This document shows, one piece after another, positions 1 through 11,536 of a stretch of 62,414 nt of DNA. This stretch comes from a virus. Position numbers and translations under genes: made by a program. The stretch is from IMG/VR virus record IMGVR_UViG_3300034104_005761; one strand, written 5' to 3'. Within the stretch, counting starts at the first letter, position 1, and each line of letters opens with the position of its first letter. Below the pieces are notes generated by a model. It worked only from the letters and a program-made list of their open reading frames with translations. It did not search any database and was not told the origin of the DNA.

Positions 1-1494
1 GATCTTGTAATTTCTTTTTTAATGAAAAGAATTTCTATTGATGAAAATAGAAGAAATAACTTTTTGTATTCTGAATATTATACTTATAAATATCCAATTA
101 TGTCATCATTAAAGTCTAGTTCATCTTATTATAATATAAAGAAAGCTAAAGCTGAAGTTGAATATTTTAATGTAGAAAATAATTCTCCTTTATCAAGAAT
201 GGTTGAATCTATAATTGGTCATGTATTAGGCTCTAGGTTCAATGTTATTAATACAACCTTGGTTAGGGACAATTCTAATAACTTAAGTAGTTCTGGAAAA
301 ATATCAACGATGACTAATCCAGGTTTTGTTCCTGAAATCAATGCAAACATTAAAGATAAATTTACTTCTCGAGATGCAGATCCAATCATTCCAGGAATGA
401 ATTTTAAAAATAGTGGTTTTTCAACTTCTTTAGAAGAAAAAATAAACACTTATCAGTACAATTTTTCAGTTAAGTCTATTGAATTTTTTGCAACAAAATT
501 TGTTGAAGATGAATCTGATAATCAATCTGTTTCTAAAAAAGCTGTTTTTATTAGTAAGAAAATACCAGTTCCAGGAAAAGTCTTAGGCATAAAAGCAAAA
601 TTAAATTATGAAATAAATAAAGAAGATACTATTAGCGTTTTAGATTTAAAGGAAAAAAATTCTTACGAATTATCAATTAGTCTAAAAGAAAATCCATCTC
701 AAGAAATAGATTGGATTCCAATAATTTCATATGATTCTAACAGAATAAATTCGGAAGTTTTATTCTTTAATCTTACAACTAAAACAGCAAAGTTGAGATT
801 CCGTCCAAAACTTTCTAATTTTAGATTGTACGAAAATGGATTACTAGTTAGTCAATCTAGATATACATTGAATCCATCTTCTTCTACAGTATTATATTCT
901 AGTCATAATCCAAACAATGATTATGTAGTTGACTACGAGTTTGATGACATCAACTATTCGCAGAAATATATTGATGCAATTGCAATATCTCCAGAGTCTG
1001 GACTAACAAATATTTCTTCAAACGGATCTGAAGGAGAATACTTCTTATCCACAGGTTCTAATAACAGCGTGAAGATAGTGCAGAACCCTTATGTTGATTA
1101 CAGTAAGTTTATAAATCCAGTATACTCTCCAACATTTGGTACCTTTAATTCTGATACTGGAGTTAGATATAATCCAGTAGAGGTAAAACTTTCCGATGGT
1201 TCATATGGAATTAACTTAACTAATTATCTAAAAGGCGATTTTTCAAAAGCTAATTTTTATGAAACAAATGAAGTTTTGTTTTATCAAAATGGAAAGAACA
1301 TTATATTCAATAGACAAATTGAACAACCATTTAATGTGATATATAGTTATATCAATAATAATCTTAGATTCAGAGTAGTTGTTAGAAATAACTATAGAAA
1401 CATATTTTCTCCAGCTTCTTTAGATAATGTAATATTAAAAATGAAGATAAATAATTCAGACAACTTTTCAGAAAAATTATTAGGACTAAAATAA
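1..1494 (+). CDS. putative phage structural/tail protein (frame open to window start, so possibly 5'-truncated)
   Basis: ORF 22..1494; same frame open from position 1; first in a tightly packed block of large structural-looking ORFs. Confidence 0.6.
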   Translation, partial: DLVISFLMKRISIDENRRNNFLYSEYYTYKYPIMSSLKSSSSYYNIKKAKAEVEYFNVENNSPLSRMVESIIGHVLGSRFNVINTTLVRDNSNNLSSSGKISTMTNPGFVPEINANIKDKFTSRDADPIIPGMNFKNSGFSTSLEEKINTYQYNFSVKSIEFFATKFVEDESDNQSVSKKAVFISKKIPVPGKVLGIKAKLNYEINKEDTISVLDLKEKNSYELSISLKENPSQEIDWIPIISYDSNRINSEVLFFNLTTKTAKLRFRPKLSNFRLYENGLLVSQSRYTLNPSSSTVLYSSHNPNNDYVVDYEFDDINYSQKYIDAIAISPESGLTNISSNGSEGEYFLSTGSNNSVKIVQNPYVDYSKFINPVYSPTFGTFNSDTGVRYNPVEVKLSDGSYGINLTNYLKGDFSKANFYETNEVLFYQNGKNIIFNRQIEQPFNVIYSYINNNLRFRVVVRNNYRNIFSPASLDNVILKMKINNSDNFSEKLLGLK

Positions 1495-1497
1495 ATC

Positions 1498-3661
1498 ATG
1501 GCTCAACTTTCTTATAACACAGTATTTTATGATCAACTTATCCATAAGATAAAAACATTTTTAATAAAACATAAAAACAACGAATTCGCCAACTATGAAG
1601 AATTGGCAGAAGAGTATAAAAAAGTTGTTACAGATATCAATAACTATTCGGGAACTCAAATATCTAGTTATGATCCATACATAAAGCGGAGAACCACCAA
1701 TATCTGATAAGTTTAATGAATTTGCAAGTAGTGTAGCAAAAGACTTAAACATCATAGCAAAACAGCTTGACTATCAAAGTGCTCAAGTAGCATCTACTTA
1801 TAACCTTTTTAATTCTGAAATAGATAAAGAAAGTTCTTTCTTAAACAGAATAAAATCAAAAGTATCAATACTTCAAATGTATTCAAATAGTCCTGGTAAC
1901 GATTTATATTACATGGGAGATTCTTTCGATAATCTTGACTATATAGATATTACAAAAATTAAATCCAATAAACTATCTTATATTAAAGATGGTTCAGCAA
2001 AGCTTAATTCTAGAAGCTCAATACAATGGGTTACTAATTCAGTTGCTGTGAATGAAGAGTATTCCAATGGTTTTATTGGCAACAATCATGCCGTGTATAG
2101 AGTAGACAATGTCGATACAAATACAAGATATCATTTTGAAGACAACTTAAAAATAGGTTATATTTTAAATGTTACTGACAACAACCCTTTGACATACTTT
2201 GAATATGAAGCTATAAACATACCAGTTCAATCAAGACAGCAAAAAGGCTCTAATAGTTATGAGTTTTTGTATTCTAAGGTAGAAAAAGAAAATGGAAAAG
2301 ATGTAGTAAAATACTACTCTTGGGCAGAACACAATTTATTAGAACCATTGAGACTGGGCATATCGATCATATCCGCAAAGCCTCAAAAAACAAATACACT
2401 AACAATTATTCCACATCTTGGAAATCAGGTATATACCTACCCAGAAGTAAAAGTTGTTAGAGTAAGTGCTATTTCTTCGGATACAAATAATGAAGTTGAC
2501 CTACTAACAGAACCCATATATATAGGTTCAACAATAGTCCCTCAGTCAATAGAGTCTATGAGAAATTATTTCTACGAAAAAGCTATCATAGATTTTCCAG
2601 AAATAAATACTTCAAGAATTAATATTTATTTTGAACAAGCTAACAGTCAAGATGTTCAAGTAAAACATTTATACTGGAAACAGGTTAACCAAAGAGCAAA
2701 TAGTTTATTTGCTGGTCAAAGTAGATTTAATCCAGAAACACTTAGATCAACTGGGTATGAAGCTATTAATTATAATATGAATTCTATTATACCCACAGTA
2801 CAAGAGCCAACTAAATTTAAGCTTAATACAAACGCAGTTAATCAATCAGTTACAGTTTCTGCAAGAAGAACAAGAATACCAGAAACAATATATGTAATTA
2901 AATTTCAAAGAATGGTTAACTCAACATTAACTACACACTATTTAACATCTCAATACCCAGCAAATTCTGTAGAACCTTTGGCTGAACAACATAGAAAAGC
3001 AGCTACCACAAATAGATCTCAAGCTGTGAGCTTTACTACCTTAGAGGAAGCAAATGTCGTAAAGACATTCTTAGAAAGACAAATGTCTAATAGCGGTGCT
3101 ACAACTGGAAGAATTTATAGTTGGGACCCATTACTTTTCCAAAACATTTCTCTTGAAAGTTTTGTAGAATATACAGATAAAGAGTATAGAGAGACTGCAA
3201 CTTTGCAGGCTCAGTATGAAAATTATCAAGCTAAAAAATGGTCTATAGGAATTAAATCGATTGAAGCTTATTACAATATATATGAAAACTCATCTCAGAT
3301 AGTTTCAAAACCTTTTGAATTTCCTTATGACGTTAAGAATTTAATGATCAGTTCTGAAGTTGACCCTCAAAGCACAACTACTGGAAATATAAAATATTAT
3401 GTTTCTGTAGATGATGGTAACAACTGGATAGCTATATCACCTATAGAAAATCCATTTAGCGGAATACCTGAAGTTCTTTCTTTTAATGAAAACTTATTTG
3501 GATCTTTACAAATACCAGGCGTGTCCTATCTTAACTATCCACAGGTTCCAAAAGAAATAAGAAAAATAAGAGTAAAAATAGATATTAATAAACCATCTAA
3601 CTCAAATCATTCTCCTATTATTTATTCGTATAAACTATCAACAAAGGTTGAACAAATATGA
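1498..3661 (+). CDS. putative tail/baseplate protein read through a +1 shift at CGGA 1687-1690
   Basis: ORF 1498..1707 (ends ..SSYDPYIKRRTTNI*) continues in +1 frame as ..YIK-G-EPPISDKFNEFASSVAKDLNIIAKQLDYQSAQVASTYNLF.. into ORF 1877..3661 with no gap. Confidence 0.8.
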
Positions 3662-5907
3662 CAATAAGCTCTATACAAAAAAAGAAATTTTTAGACACAA
3701 TTTATAAGAATTATTTTTCTTCAGGAGTTGAGATTACAGAAGAAAAAGTAAAAGAAATATTTTCCCAATACTTTTCAAATTACCTAGCTGGTTTTCCTAT
3801 AAGTTTAAATCCAGAATTATTTAGATCAACTACATTTAGTAATGTAGATTTAATAAATCAAAGAAATGCACAGGTTCTTTTAAATATAGAGAATCTATAT
3901 GATGCTATATTTGAAACTTCAGAAGAGTTGTTTGATGTAACTAATGCCTTGAACAATAGAATAGATCAATTAAGAAAAAGAAGAGCAGTTTTAGAAGATA
4001 AAGTAGATGATTTAATATTTGCTAATCAAAATTCCGACGGAGTATTTGCTGCAATTACAGAGTCTTTTTCCAATGGTGATAAAATGGATTACAATTTATC
4101 AACCGCTTTTTTAGATGTTAATGGAAAAAAGGTAACTCTTCCAAAGTTAAATTCAGCTGTATTTGATTTAACATCAACTAACTCAATTGTTTCTGGAGAT
4201 CCAAAGTATACATTGTCATTTAATAGATCTAATATAGAAACTGCAAAATCATTAGATGGAGCTTCATTTTTTGCTTCTGTTTTTGATGGATTAAATAATA
4301 CTGAATGGTCTAAATCATTTAACTTTCAGTCTATTGGAGTAGTCTCCTTAAGTTTAAATATACCAATTACCAGAAATGTTCAAATATCAAAAATAGAAGG
4401 AAGACTTAATACAGTATCTCCAGTTGATATTTATGCTAAAGTTAATTATTCTAATGATGAATATAAATCAGAAGTAAAGTCAAAAAAATCTTCATTTGAT
4501 TACGACAATTTCTCTTTTGATTTCACACCTGGTCTTGTTTCTTCTATTGATCTAATTATAGTCAAGGTTGATCCTGATTATGTTAATCAAGCAAGAACTG
4601 ATAAGTATGAGTATAGATTTGGTATTAGGGATATTAGTATTTCTGGTCAGTATTATGATAAGTATGGAACATACATCTCTAATAGCTACGGTTTAAATAC
4701 AAATGACAATAGTAATCTTGTTATAGATTCTATTTCTATTGAAACTGAGGAAGGCAATCCTAACAGCGGTCTTATATCCTACTACGTAGCTGCTGAGAAT
4801 GGTAGCGAATTAACAATTAATGATTACAGTTGGATTCCAATTTCAAAACCATTTGATACAGCTTCTTCTTTTTCTTCGACTGTAAACTTAAATGGATCAA
4901 CTGTTAACACTAGAAAGATAGTTGAAACAATTACAGACCCCAGTAAAGAGATATTAAAAATAGCTAAAAAGCAGCGTTCATCTTTGACTAACATTAATGA
5001 AGAAAATCCAACTTCAAGTATCTACTCAGGTATGACCACCTATAGAATAGCAGCTCTGGAAAGTTTCGAAAATGCACACAGCCCCTACATATTAGAGGGT
5101 GTTAATACAATAAGTGGAAAGTATGTTAATTATACAACCTCTTTATTTAATGAAGCAGATACGCTAAAGACATGGACGCAATTAATTAATGGGGCAGATC
5201 AGTCTAGGCAAGTCTACGACCTGCCTTCATTCACGCTATCAAATGATCCAGTTTTCTTTAATGGACCAAGTATGTCTAGAATAAGCATCCTTTTGCCCTT
5301 CAATATATATTGCCCTAATGATATAATTGTAAAGCGCAAGTTTGCAAAAAATGATCAAACTTCTCAGCTATGGGATGTTTGTGTATATGTAAACGATTCT
5401 AGGTATTCAATTCCATCGGGAGTTTCTTCTGAGGTTATTGAATGGAGATTTAAAAAGGGTCTAAATAAAATTAAAGTAGCAATAGATTGCCCTAGTAGTA
5501 CAGCAAATGCCCAAGGCCCAAGTGCTAAGGGGTCAATAACTTTGATGGAATCTCATTCTATACTGGAATATGGAATAGTATATGAACAGTATCACTCGTA
5601 TGTTGATCCCATGGAATTAAAATATAGTAGAAGTGAATTTGATAATATCTTTACTATAGATACTGTTTTTGGAAATAAAGAAATTATAAGCAAAAAAGAT
5701 ATTAAAGCAAATTCTAGAATATTTTATTTTTCAAATAACCCAAATCCAGTTAAAAAGATAAGGTTCAGAGCGGATTTTCATAGGGGAAATAATCCTTTAT
5801 CTTCTCCAAGTTTAAATTCCTATAGAATTAAGTTTAAAAACTCTCAATCATTTTCTGATCTTTCTCAATCTTTAATCAAAAATAACACGACTACAAGTGA
5901 TATTTAG
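3658..5907 (+). CDS. putative tail/baseplate structural protein
   Basis: 749 aa ORF overlapping the previous stop (ATGA); coiled-coil N-terminus and beta-rich body. Confidence 0.6.
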   Translation: MTISSIQKKKFLDTIYKNYFSSGVEITEEKVKEIFSQYFSNYLAGFPISLNPELFRSTTFSNVDLINQRNAQVLLNIENLYDAIFETSEELFDVTNALNNRIDQLRKRRAVLEDKVDDLIFANQNSDGVFAAITESFSNGDKMDYNLSTAFLDVNGKKVTLPKLNSAVFDLTSTNSIVSGDPKYTLSFNRSNIETAKSLDGASFFASVFDGLNNTEWSKSFNFQSIGVVSLSLNIPITRNVQISKIEGRLNTVSPVDIYAKVNYSNDEYKSEVKSKKSSFDYDNFSFDFTPGLVSSIDLIIVKVDPDYVNQARTDKYEYRFGIRDISISGQYYDKYGTYISNSYGLNTNDNSNLVIDSISIETEEGNPNSGLISYYVAAENGSELTINDYSWIPISKPFDTASSFSSTVNLNGSTVNTRKIVETITDPSKEILKIAKKQRSSLTNINEENPTSSIYSGMTTYRIAALESFENAHSPYILEGVNTISGKYVNYTTSLFNEADTLKTWTQLINGADQSRQVYDLPSFTLSNDPVFFNGPSMSRISILLPFNIYCPNDIIVKRKFAKNDQTSQLWDVCVYVNDSRYSIPSGVSSEVIEWRFKKGLNKIKVAIDCPSSTANAQGPSAKGSITLMESHSILEYGIVYEQYHSYVDPMELKYSRSEFDNIFTIDTVFGNKEIISKKDIKANSRIFYFSNNPNPVKKIRFRADFHRGNNPLSSPSLNSYRIKFKNSQSFSDLSQSLIKNNTTTSDI

Positions 5908-5945
5908 GTTACTATTTACAACAGCAATAATTAGGAGTCTAGTTA

Positions 5946-6362
5946 ATGTCAACTTCATATACAGATCCCTCTAAGCCAAAAAGCTTAAGAGAGCCATTAT
6001 TAAAAAGAATAAGGGCTTACTATAGGGGTCCACGAAAGAGTTCTCAAGAGAATCTAATATCCAGTCAAATTTATATAGATATTCAAAGAATATATTATGA
6101 ATTAGAAAGGATTAATATAGATATTCTAAATAGAGTTCAATTAATTCTAGACAAAGAACAAGATGATCTCCTTACTAATCCAGAGTCCGATGGGTCACGC
6201 AGCATTCCTTTGGAGTCTGATATCATAGGAGATATATCATTTCATAGTGCCTGGAAAGATAGTGTCACATACACTACTTATACATCGGTTCCAACTATGG
6301 ATTCATTATCTTCTAGATTATCTAGAATTCAACATAAGCTTAGTCGAATAGAAAAACAATAG
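5946..6362 (+). CDS. conserved-looking phage protein in structural block
   Basis: 138 aa ORF in tight operon. Confidence 0.5.
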   Translation: MSTSYTDPSKPKSLREPLLKRIRAYYRGPRKSSQENLISSQIYIDIQRIYYELERINIDILNRVQLILDKEQDDLLTNPESDGSRSIPLESDIIGDISFHSAWKDSVTYTTYTSVPTMDSLSSRLSRIQHKLSRIEKQ

Positions 6363-6369
6363 GTAGAAA

Positions 6370-7632
6370 ATGTCAGAGTACATAAATACAGAAAATAAAA
6401 CAGAACAATATAATGGTCCTGTCAATAGCTCTGACTACAATTTGCGTGTAGAGCAAAACTATCAAGACCTAGTTCATCTATATAATAGATCTGGTATCTT
6501 GGATTCTGAGCTCCAAAAAGCTTTTGAAAGAGTTTTAAAAGATCAACTATTTATAACCCAAGCTATATCCGATTTAGAGGATAGAATTAAAGCTGTTGAA
6601 AATTCTTCAACTGGAAATAAAAAGCTGTCAATATACAACTATTCTCAATTAGATCCTGTTAGTATGTTGGGCACAAGTTTTGCTGTATCAAGTACAGATA
6701 TACTCTCATTTGACCACATTCACAACATATTAACTTTACCAAAGGTTAACAGTTCTTCTTATTCGAAACTAAAGTTTTTTAATAACTTTGTTGGTCAGGT
6801 TGTTCCAGATTTTTTTGAAACAAAAATAGACAACTCTTTTACTAGCGTTGATGCACCAGGTGCGATAATAGATACAACTCCAGTCTATCACGCTGTATTA
6901 GATAGCTCAGATAAGTTTTGGAAAAGAAATGTAATCGTTAATTCTGAATCAGCTTTAAATGCTCAAACATATTTGTATGTCAAGATTCCAGTAACCTATT
7001 CTGGAACTGATAAAAGTAATTACTTTGCATTAACTCCATATCCTGTTTTTGGCGTTGATATTATCTCGATAGAATACACCACAATCGAAAATCCATCAAT
7101 GACAGAAAATGATGGATGGACTCCCTTGAACTTCAATAAGGTTCATGATGGATCTCTTGAAGCGATTGGTAAAGTTCCACCAGGTGCCTGGTCAGTTATA
7201 GGTCAAGATATAATTTTAAACTCTGGTCCAGTTGGTTTTTACTTTCCCCCATTAGCAATAACTGCAATAAGAGTTGCTATTAGACAAAGAAATTATATTC
7301 AAGAAAATGGAAAGTATATATACACTTATGGTCTTTCCGATATGGATATCAGATCTGATAAGTTCCTTCCAACGGGTAAGACAATAATCAAATTTGATGC
7401 ACCAGAAGGTGAATTAATTTATGATGTCTTAAATGTTATTCCAAAGATATATAATGTTCCCGAAGAGCTTATTCCAAGCGTCTTCGAATATAGGGTAATT
7501 TACCAGGACTCTGGAGTTTATACAGAAACAAACCCAGGATCTTCTACTAGGATATGGATAGAGGTCACATTGACTCAGTTGGGCGATGGAACACCCCCTG
7601 TTTTGTCCGATTTAATAGTTGAATACAACTAA
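6370..7632 (+). CDS. putative structural protein
   Basis: 420 aa ORF in structural block. Confidence 0.55.
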   Translation: MSEYINTENKTEQYNGPVNSSDYNLRVEQNYQDLVHLYNRSGILDSELQKAFERVLKDQLFITQAISDLEDRIKAVENSSTGNKKLSIYNYSQLDPVSMLGTSFAVSSTDILSFDHIHNILTLPKVNSSSYSKLKFFNNFVGQVVPDFFETKIDNSFTSVDAPGAIIDTTPVYHAVLDSSDKFWKRNVIVNSESALNAQTYLYVKIPVTYSGTDKSNYFALTPYPVFGVDIISIEYTTIENPSMTENDGWTPLNFNKVHDGSLEAIGKVPPGAWSVIGQDIILNSGPVGFYFPPLAITAIRVAIRQRNYIQENGKYIYTYGLSDMDIRSDKFLPTGKTIIKFDAPEGELIYDVLNVIPKIYNVPEELIPSVFEYRVIYQDSGVYTETNPGSSTRIWIEVTLTQLGDGTPPVLSDLIVEYN

Positions 7633-7698
7633 TTATATTGAAAAAAGAACAAATCATTTTACTATATAACTATACAATACTCGCATAAGGAGACATTA

Positions 7699-8307
7699 AT
7701 GGCTACGTTTTACGTCGGTCCTAGACCAGTCCTAAAAGGTCAAAACACCAAAGAGATGGTAAACCCATATAAGGGCACCGCAGGAACATACTCGTATTAC
7801 CCACTTTTCAGTACGAGCCAAGTCCTTGACGGAGCACCAGATAATCACCATGTTCCTGGTACAGGTTACTTCCCTGGTGACGTATTCATGTCTCAAATAT
7901 TCAGAGGCGTTACCTTCTATATTCACCCATTGTCTGGTACATTCCCTGACGGTTCAGCAACATATGACGGAGCTAGATTCCGTCCTATGGAATACAAGGG
8001 CCTTGCTGGAGCTGTAGCATTCCCATCTTCTTTTGGCCACGCAGAAAGAGAAAATGACTACAAGCTTAGACAGTATACTTTTAAGGGAGTTGCTTCCGCA
8101 AAGACTCTTGATAATGCAGGACATGCAGCTAGAACAGAGGCACAAGGAGCACCAGCATCTTTTGGATACTTTAGACCAGAAGAGCGTCAGGGTGTATTGA
8201 GTGCTGCAGTATTTACAAGTGGATATGGACAAGGCTACGCAACAACAGATTATGGTCAAGAGAGAGTTCAGGAGTGGAAAGGAATCCCTTCTGCAAAAGC
8301 TCTCTAA
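7699..8307 (+). CDS. putative structural/capsid-decoration-like protein with internal repeats
   Basis: 202 aa ORF with repeated Y/F-K-G-[LV]-A-[GS]-A segments (MEYKGLAGAVAF, YTFKGVASAKTL, EWKGIPSAKAL). Confidence 0.5.
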   Translation: MATFYVGPRPVLKGQNTKEMVNPYKGTAGTYSYYPLFSTSQVLDGAPDNHHVPGTGYFPGDVFMSQIFRGVTFYIHPLSGTFPDGSATYDGARFRPMEYKGLAGAVAFPSSFGHAERENDYKLRQYTFKGVASAKTLDNAGHAARTEAQGAPASFGYFRPEERQGVLSAAVFTSGYGQGYATTDYGQERVQEWKGIPSAKAL

Positions 8308-8578
8308 TTACTACTCGCAGCCACTTAACCTTGAGAAAGACGAAAGAATATCAGGGTTAAGTGGCTGGTTAGCTTTAATGGCCCTTGTGGTAGCATATGA
8401 TTATTATGCTATAAAAACACAGAAGGCAGAAACTTTAACTAGATCATTTTGGAGATTAACAGAAAAACCTATGCAAGGTGTGTTACCATTAGCAGCATGG
8501 TTTGTGATTACTGGTCATCTTGTATTAGAAAAGAATATAAGAAAGAAAAAATTTGGAATAATAAAAACCAAAGACTAG
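8201..8578 (+). CDS. small membrane protein (true start probably internal, between ~8290 and 8378)
   Basis: hydrophobic segments ALMALVVAYDYYAI and VLPLAAWFVITGHLVL; 5' part of ORF overlaps the previous gene. Confidence 0.4.
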   Translation: MLQYLQVDMDKATQQQIMVKREFRSGKESLLQKLSNYYSQPLNLEKDERISGLSGWLALMALVVAYDYYAIKTQKAETLTRSFWRLTEKPMQGVLPLAAWFVITGHLVLEKNIRKKKFGIIKTKD

Positions 8579-8638
8579 TTTCATTAACTGAGCAAAAAAA
8601 CAAAGCCTATGATATAATTCATTGGGCGAAATTATTTA

Positions 8639-8678
8639 CCCGTCCTATAAAGTTTAGGGCGGGATTTAATTTTTTTAT
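8639..8678 (+). terminator. rho-independent terminator
   Basis: CCCGTCCTA-N7-TAGGGCGGG stem followed by ATTTAATTTTTTT. Confidence 0.8.
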
Positions 8679-8713
8679 AGCACTTTTACATCTTTTGATG
8701 GAAGTAAAGAGGA

Positions 8714-9421
8714 TTGGATATGTCTTTAGAGGAACTGAGCAAAGTTGTAGAACACAATGTTCTGCCAGTAGATGTTGCACAAAAATATTTAAACCTATAC
8801 ATTGGTGAATCAGATTGGTCTAAGCATATAAATAAACTCTGGGTTAACCTAGAGAATAAAAACAAGAATTTAGATGTTTCTAAAGAAGAAATAAAAAAAG
8901 TCATAGCTTGCACACTGTTGCTACCTACAGTAGAAAAGACTACTATACCTGACCCATGTCATTTGATATTATTCTGGTGTACTAGCTGGTCTCAGTTAAA
9001 TGAGAGAGACTGGTTCTCAATGCTTAAAGAAGTAATAAAAAAAGATTTAATGATTCAACTAAATATGAAAAAGCTATTAGAAATAGGGGTTATAGATCCA
9101 ATAGATTATTCTCCACTTACTCGCCAAGCATACAATTGGCTTTACTCAGAAGTTGATAACTCTGGCTCCTTAACAGACGAGAATAAAAAAGAAATACAAA
9201 AAAGACTTCAAAATCTCGTAAGAATATACGGTGGTGCTGTCATATCAAATATTTTTACAAATCATAAAAACCACTTATCAAAAGTTCATAACTGGAAAAG
9301 TGGATATTTCTTTGAGAGAGAAATATACAATATATACACGTTCGATCAAATACAAAAAATTAAAACTTTAGAAATACAAAAACTTAATCCAAAATACATC
9401 AAAACATTAACGAATAAATAG
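8714..9421 (+). CDS. hypothetical protein
   Basis: 235 aa ORF directly upstream of RNR. Confidence 0.55.
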   Translation: MDMSLEELSKVVEHNVLPVDVAQKYLNLYIGESDWSKHINKLWVNLENKNKNLDVSKEEIKKVIACTLLLPTVEKTTIPDPCHLILFWCTSWSQLNERDWFSMLKEVIKKDLMIQLNMKKLLEIGVIDPIDYSPLTRQAYNWLYSEVDNSGSLTDENKKEIQKRLQNLVRIYGGAVISNIFTNHKNHLSKVHNWKSGYFFEREIYNIYTFDQIQKIKTLEIQKLNPKYIKTLTNK

Positions 9422-9429
9422 GAGCCATT

Positions 9430-11523
9430 ATGGAATCATCAACAGAAACACAAATCTTACCAACCAATCAAAAAGCCAATAGTATATTTTCTTTTAGAAT
9501 AACTGATGACTTTGTAGAAGGTTATAAATCTAAAAAAAGTCCTTTTGGATACAAGGACGCAGCAGGTAATTCTGTAGGGGAAATTACTTTCTTAAGAACT
9601 TATTCACGCTTAAAAGATAATGGAACAAAAGAAACTTGGGTTGATGTTTGTGAGAGAATTATTAATGGAATGTATTCTTTACAAAAAGATCACTGTAAGA
9701 AAAATAGACTTCCTTGGAATGATGCAAAAGCGCAAGCTTCCGCTAAAGAAGCATTTGATCGTTTGTTTAACCTAAAGTGGACACCACCAGGTCGTGGTCT
9801 TTGGATGATGGGAACACAAATAGTAAACGTACAAAAGAATTCAGCAGCTCTTCAAAACTGTGCTTTTGTAAGCACGGCTGAAATGACTAAGTTAAATCCT
9901 GCAAAACCATTTATGTTTTTAATGGAAGCTTCAATGCTAGGTGTTGGAGTTGGTTTTGATGACAAAGGAGCAGACAAAGATTTTACAATCTACGATCCTA
10001 ACAAGCCTGCTATCGTAGACGTTATAGCAGATGACCGTGAGAGCTGGGCTAGAGCTACTGGTGATTTAATCAACTCCTACTTAAAGCCAGATCAAAGCCC
10101 TATCGAATTTGACTATTCTCTTATTAGACCATTGGGTAGCCCTATCAAAACATTTGGAGGCACAGCTTCAGGTCCAGCTCCTTTGATCAAACTTCATAAC
10201 GCTATTAGAAAAATATTTACTGGTAGATCAGGAGAGAAGTTAACACGCAAAGATATTGCTGACATTGGAAATCTTATTGGAGTATGCGTTGTCTCTGGTA
10301 ATGTTCGTCGTTCAGCTGAATTATTAATAGGAAGAATTGATGATGAAGACTTCTTGAATCTAAAGAACGCAGAAGTTTTTCCCGAAAGAAACTCTTACGA
10401 TTCAGAAAATCCTGGTTGGGGTTGGATGTCAAACAACTCAGTAGAAGTTTCGGTAGGTCAAGACCTTTCTCCTATTGTTGATGGTATAGCTAGAAACGGT
10501 GAGCCTGGTGTTATTTGGATGGACATGGCTCGTAAATATGGAAGACTAATTGATCCACCAAACAATAAAGATCACAGAGTAGCTGGCTTTAACCCATGTG
10601 CTGAGCAGTCACTAGAATCATACGAGTGCTGTACATTAGTTGAGACATACCTTGGTCGACATGATTCACTTGAAGACTATAAGAGAACCCTCAAGTTCGC
10701 CTACCTTTATGCAAAGACTGTAACTCTTCTTCCGACACACTGGGAAGAGACAAATGCAATAATGCAACGTAACCGTCGTATTGGTACATCAATATCTGGA
10801 GTAGCAGATTTTGCTGACACAAACGGTATGCCAGTCTTAAGAGAGTGGATGAATGAAGGCTATAAAACAGTTCAAAGATATGATAATATCTATTCTGAAT
10901 GGCTTGGAATTCGTGAATCAATTAAGATGACAACAGTTAAGCCTTCAGGAACTGTTTCTATTCTTGCTGGTGAGTCTCCTGGAGTGCACTGGACTCCAGG
11001 TGGAAAGTTCTTTAACAGAGCAATTAGATTTTCAAACGAAGACCCAATGTTGCCATTGTTTAAGATGGCTAATTATAGAGTTGAGCCTGCTTCTGAATCA
11101 CCAGATACAACAAGTGTTGTATTCTTTCCAATTAAATCTTCTGCTACAAGATCAGAAAAGGATGTAACTATTTTTGAAAAGATAGCATTAGCAGCTGCTG
11201 CACAAAGATATTGGTCTGACAACTCTGTATCAGTTACTGTTTCTTTTAATGCAGAAACTGAAAAGCAGCATGTTGGTACCGTATTGCACATGTACGATGG
11301 TCAGTTAAAGACCGTTTCGTTCTTGCCATCTGGAAATGATACATATCCACAAATGCCATATACTCAAATTACAGAAGAAGAATATATACAAGAAGGTGAA
11401 ATGAAGCTTTTCCCAATTGATTTCTCTGGAGTTTATGCAGGTATGGCAGCTGATGCTATAGGTGAGTCTTATTGCACTACAGATGCTTGTGAAATTAAGT
11501 TAATAAAAGATAACATCAAGTAA
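9430..11523 (+). CDS. nrdJ: adenosylcobalamin-dependent (class II) ribonucleotide reductase
   Basis: PPGRGLWMMGT, NCAFVST, VSGNVRRSAELLIG, GFNPCAEQSLE, C-terminal YCTTDACEI cysteine pair. Confidence 0.9.
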   Translation: MESSTETQILPTNQKANSIFSFRITDDFVEGYKSKKSPFGYKDAAGNSVGEITFLRTYSRLKDNGTKETWVDVCERIINGMYSLQKDHCKKNRLPWNDAKAQASAKEAFDRLFNLKWTPPGRGLWMMGTQIVNVQKNSAALQNCAFVSTAEMTKLNPAKPFMFLMEASMLGVGVGFDDKGADKDFTIYDPNKPAIVDVIADDRESWARATGDLINSYLKPDQSPIEFDYSLIRPLGSPIKTFGGTASGPAPLIKLHNAIRKIFTGRSGEKLTRKDIADIGNLIGVCVVSGNVRRSAELLIGRIDDEDFLNLKNAEVFPERNSYDSENPGWGWMSNNSVEVSVGQDLSPIVDGIARNGEPGVIWMDMARKYGRLIDPPNNKDHRVAGFNPCAEQSLESYECCTLVETYLGRHDSLEDYKRTLKFAYLYAKTVTLLPTHWEETNAIMQRNRRIGTSISGVADFADTNGMPVLREWMNEGYKTVQRYDNIYSEWLGIRESIKMTTVKPSGTVSILAGESPGVHWTPGGKFFNRAIRFSNEDPMLPLFKMANYRVEPASESPDTTSVVFFPIKSSATRSEKDVTIFEKIALAAAAQRYWSDNSVSVTVSFNAETEKQHVGTVLHMYDGQLKTVSFLPSGNDTYPQMPYTQITEEEYIQEGEMKLFPIDFSGVYAGMAADAIGESYCTTDACEIKLIKDNIK

Positions 11524-11536
11524 GTAGGTAAATATT

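Noticed and set aside
8201-8307. Fourteenth frameshift between ORF 7699..8307 and ORF 8201..8578
   Set aside because: No CGG at the overlap; the upstream protein ends with its own repeat motif (EWKGIPSAKAL) and the downstream gene can start internally.
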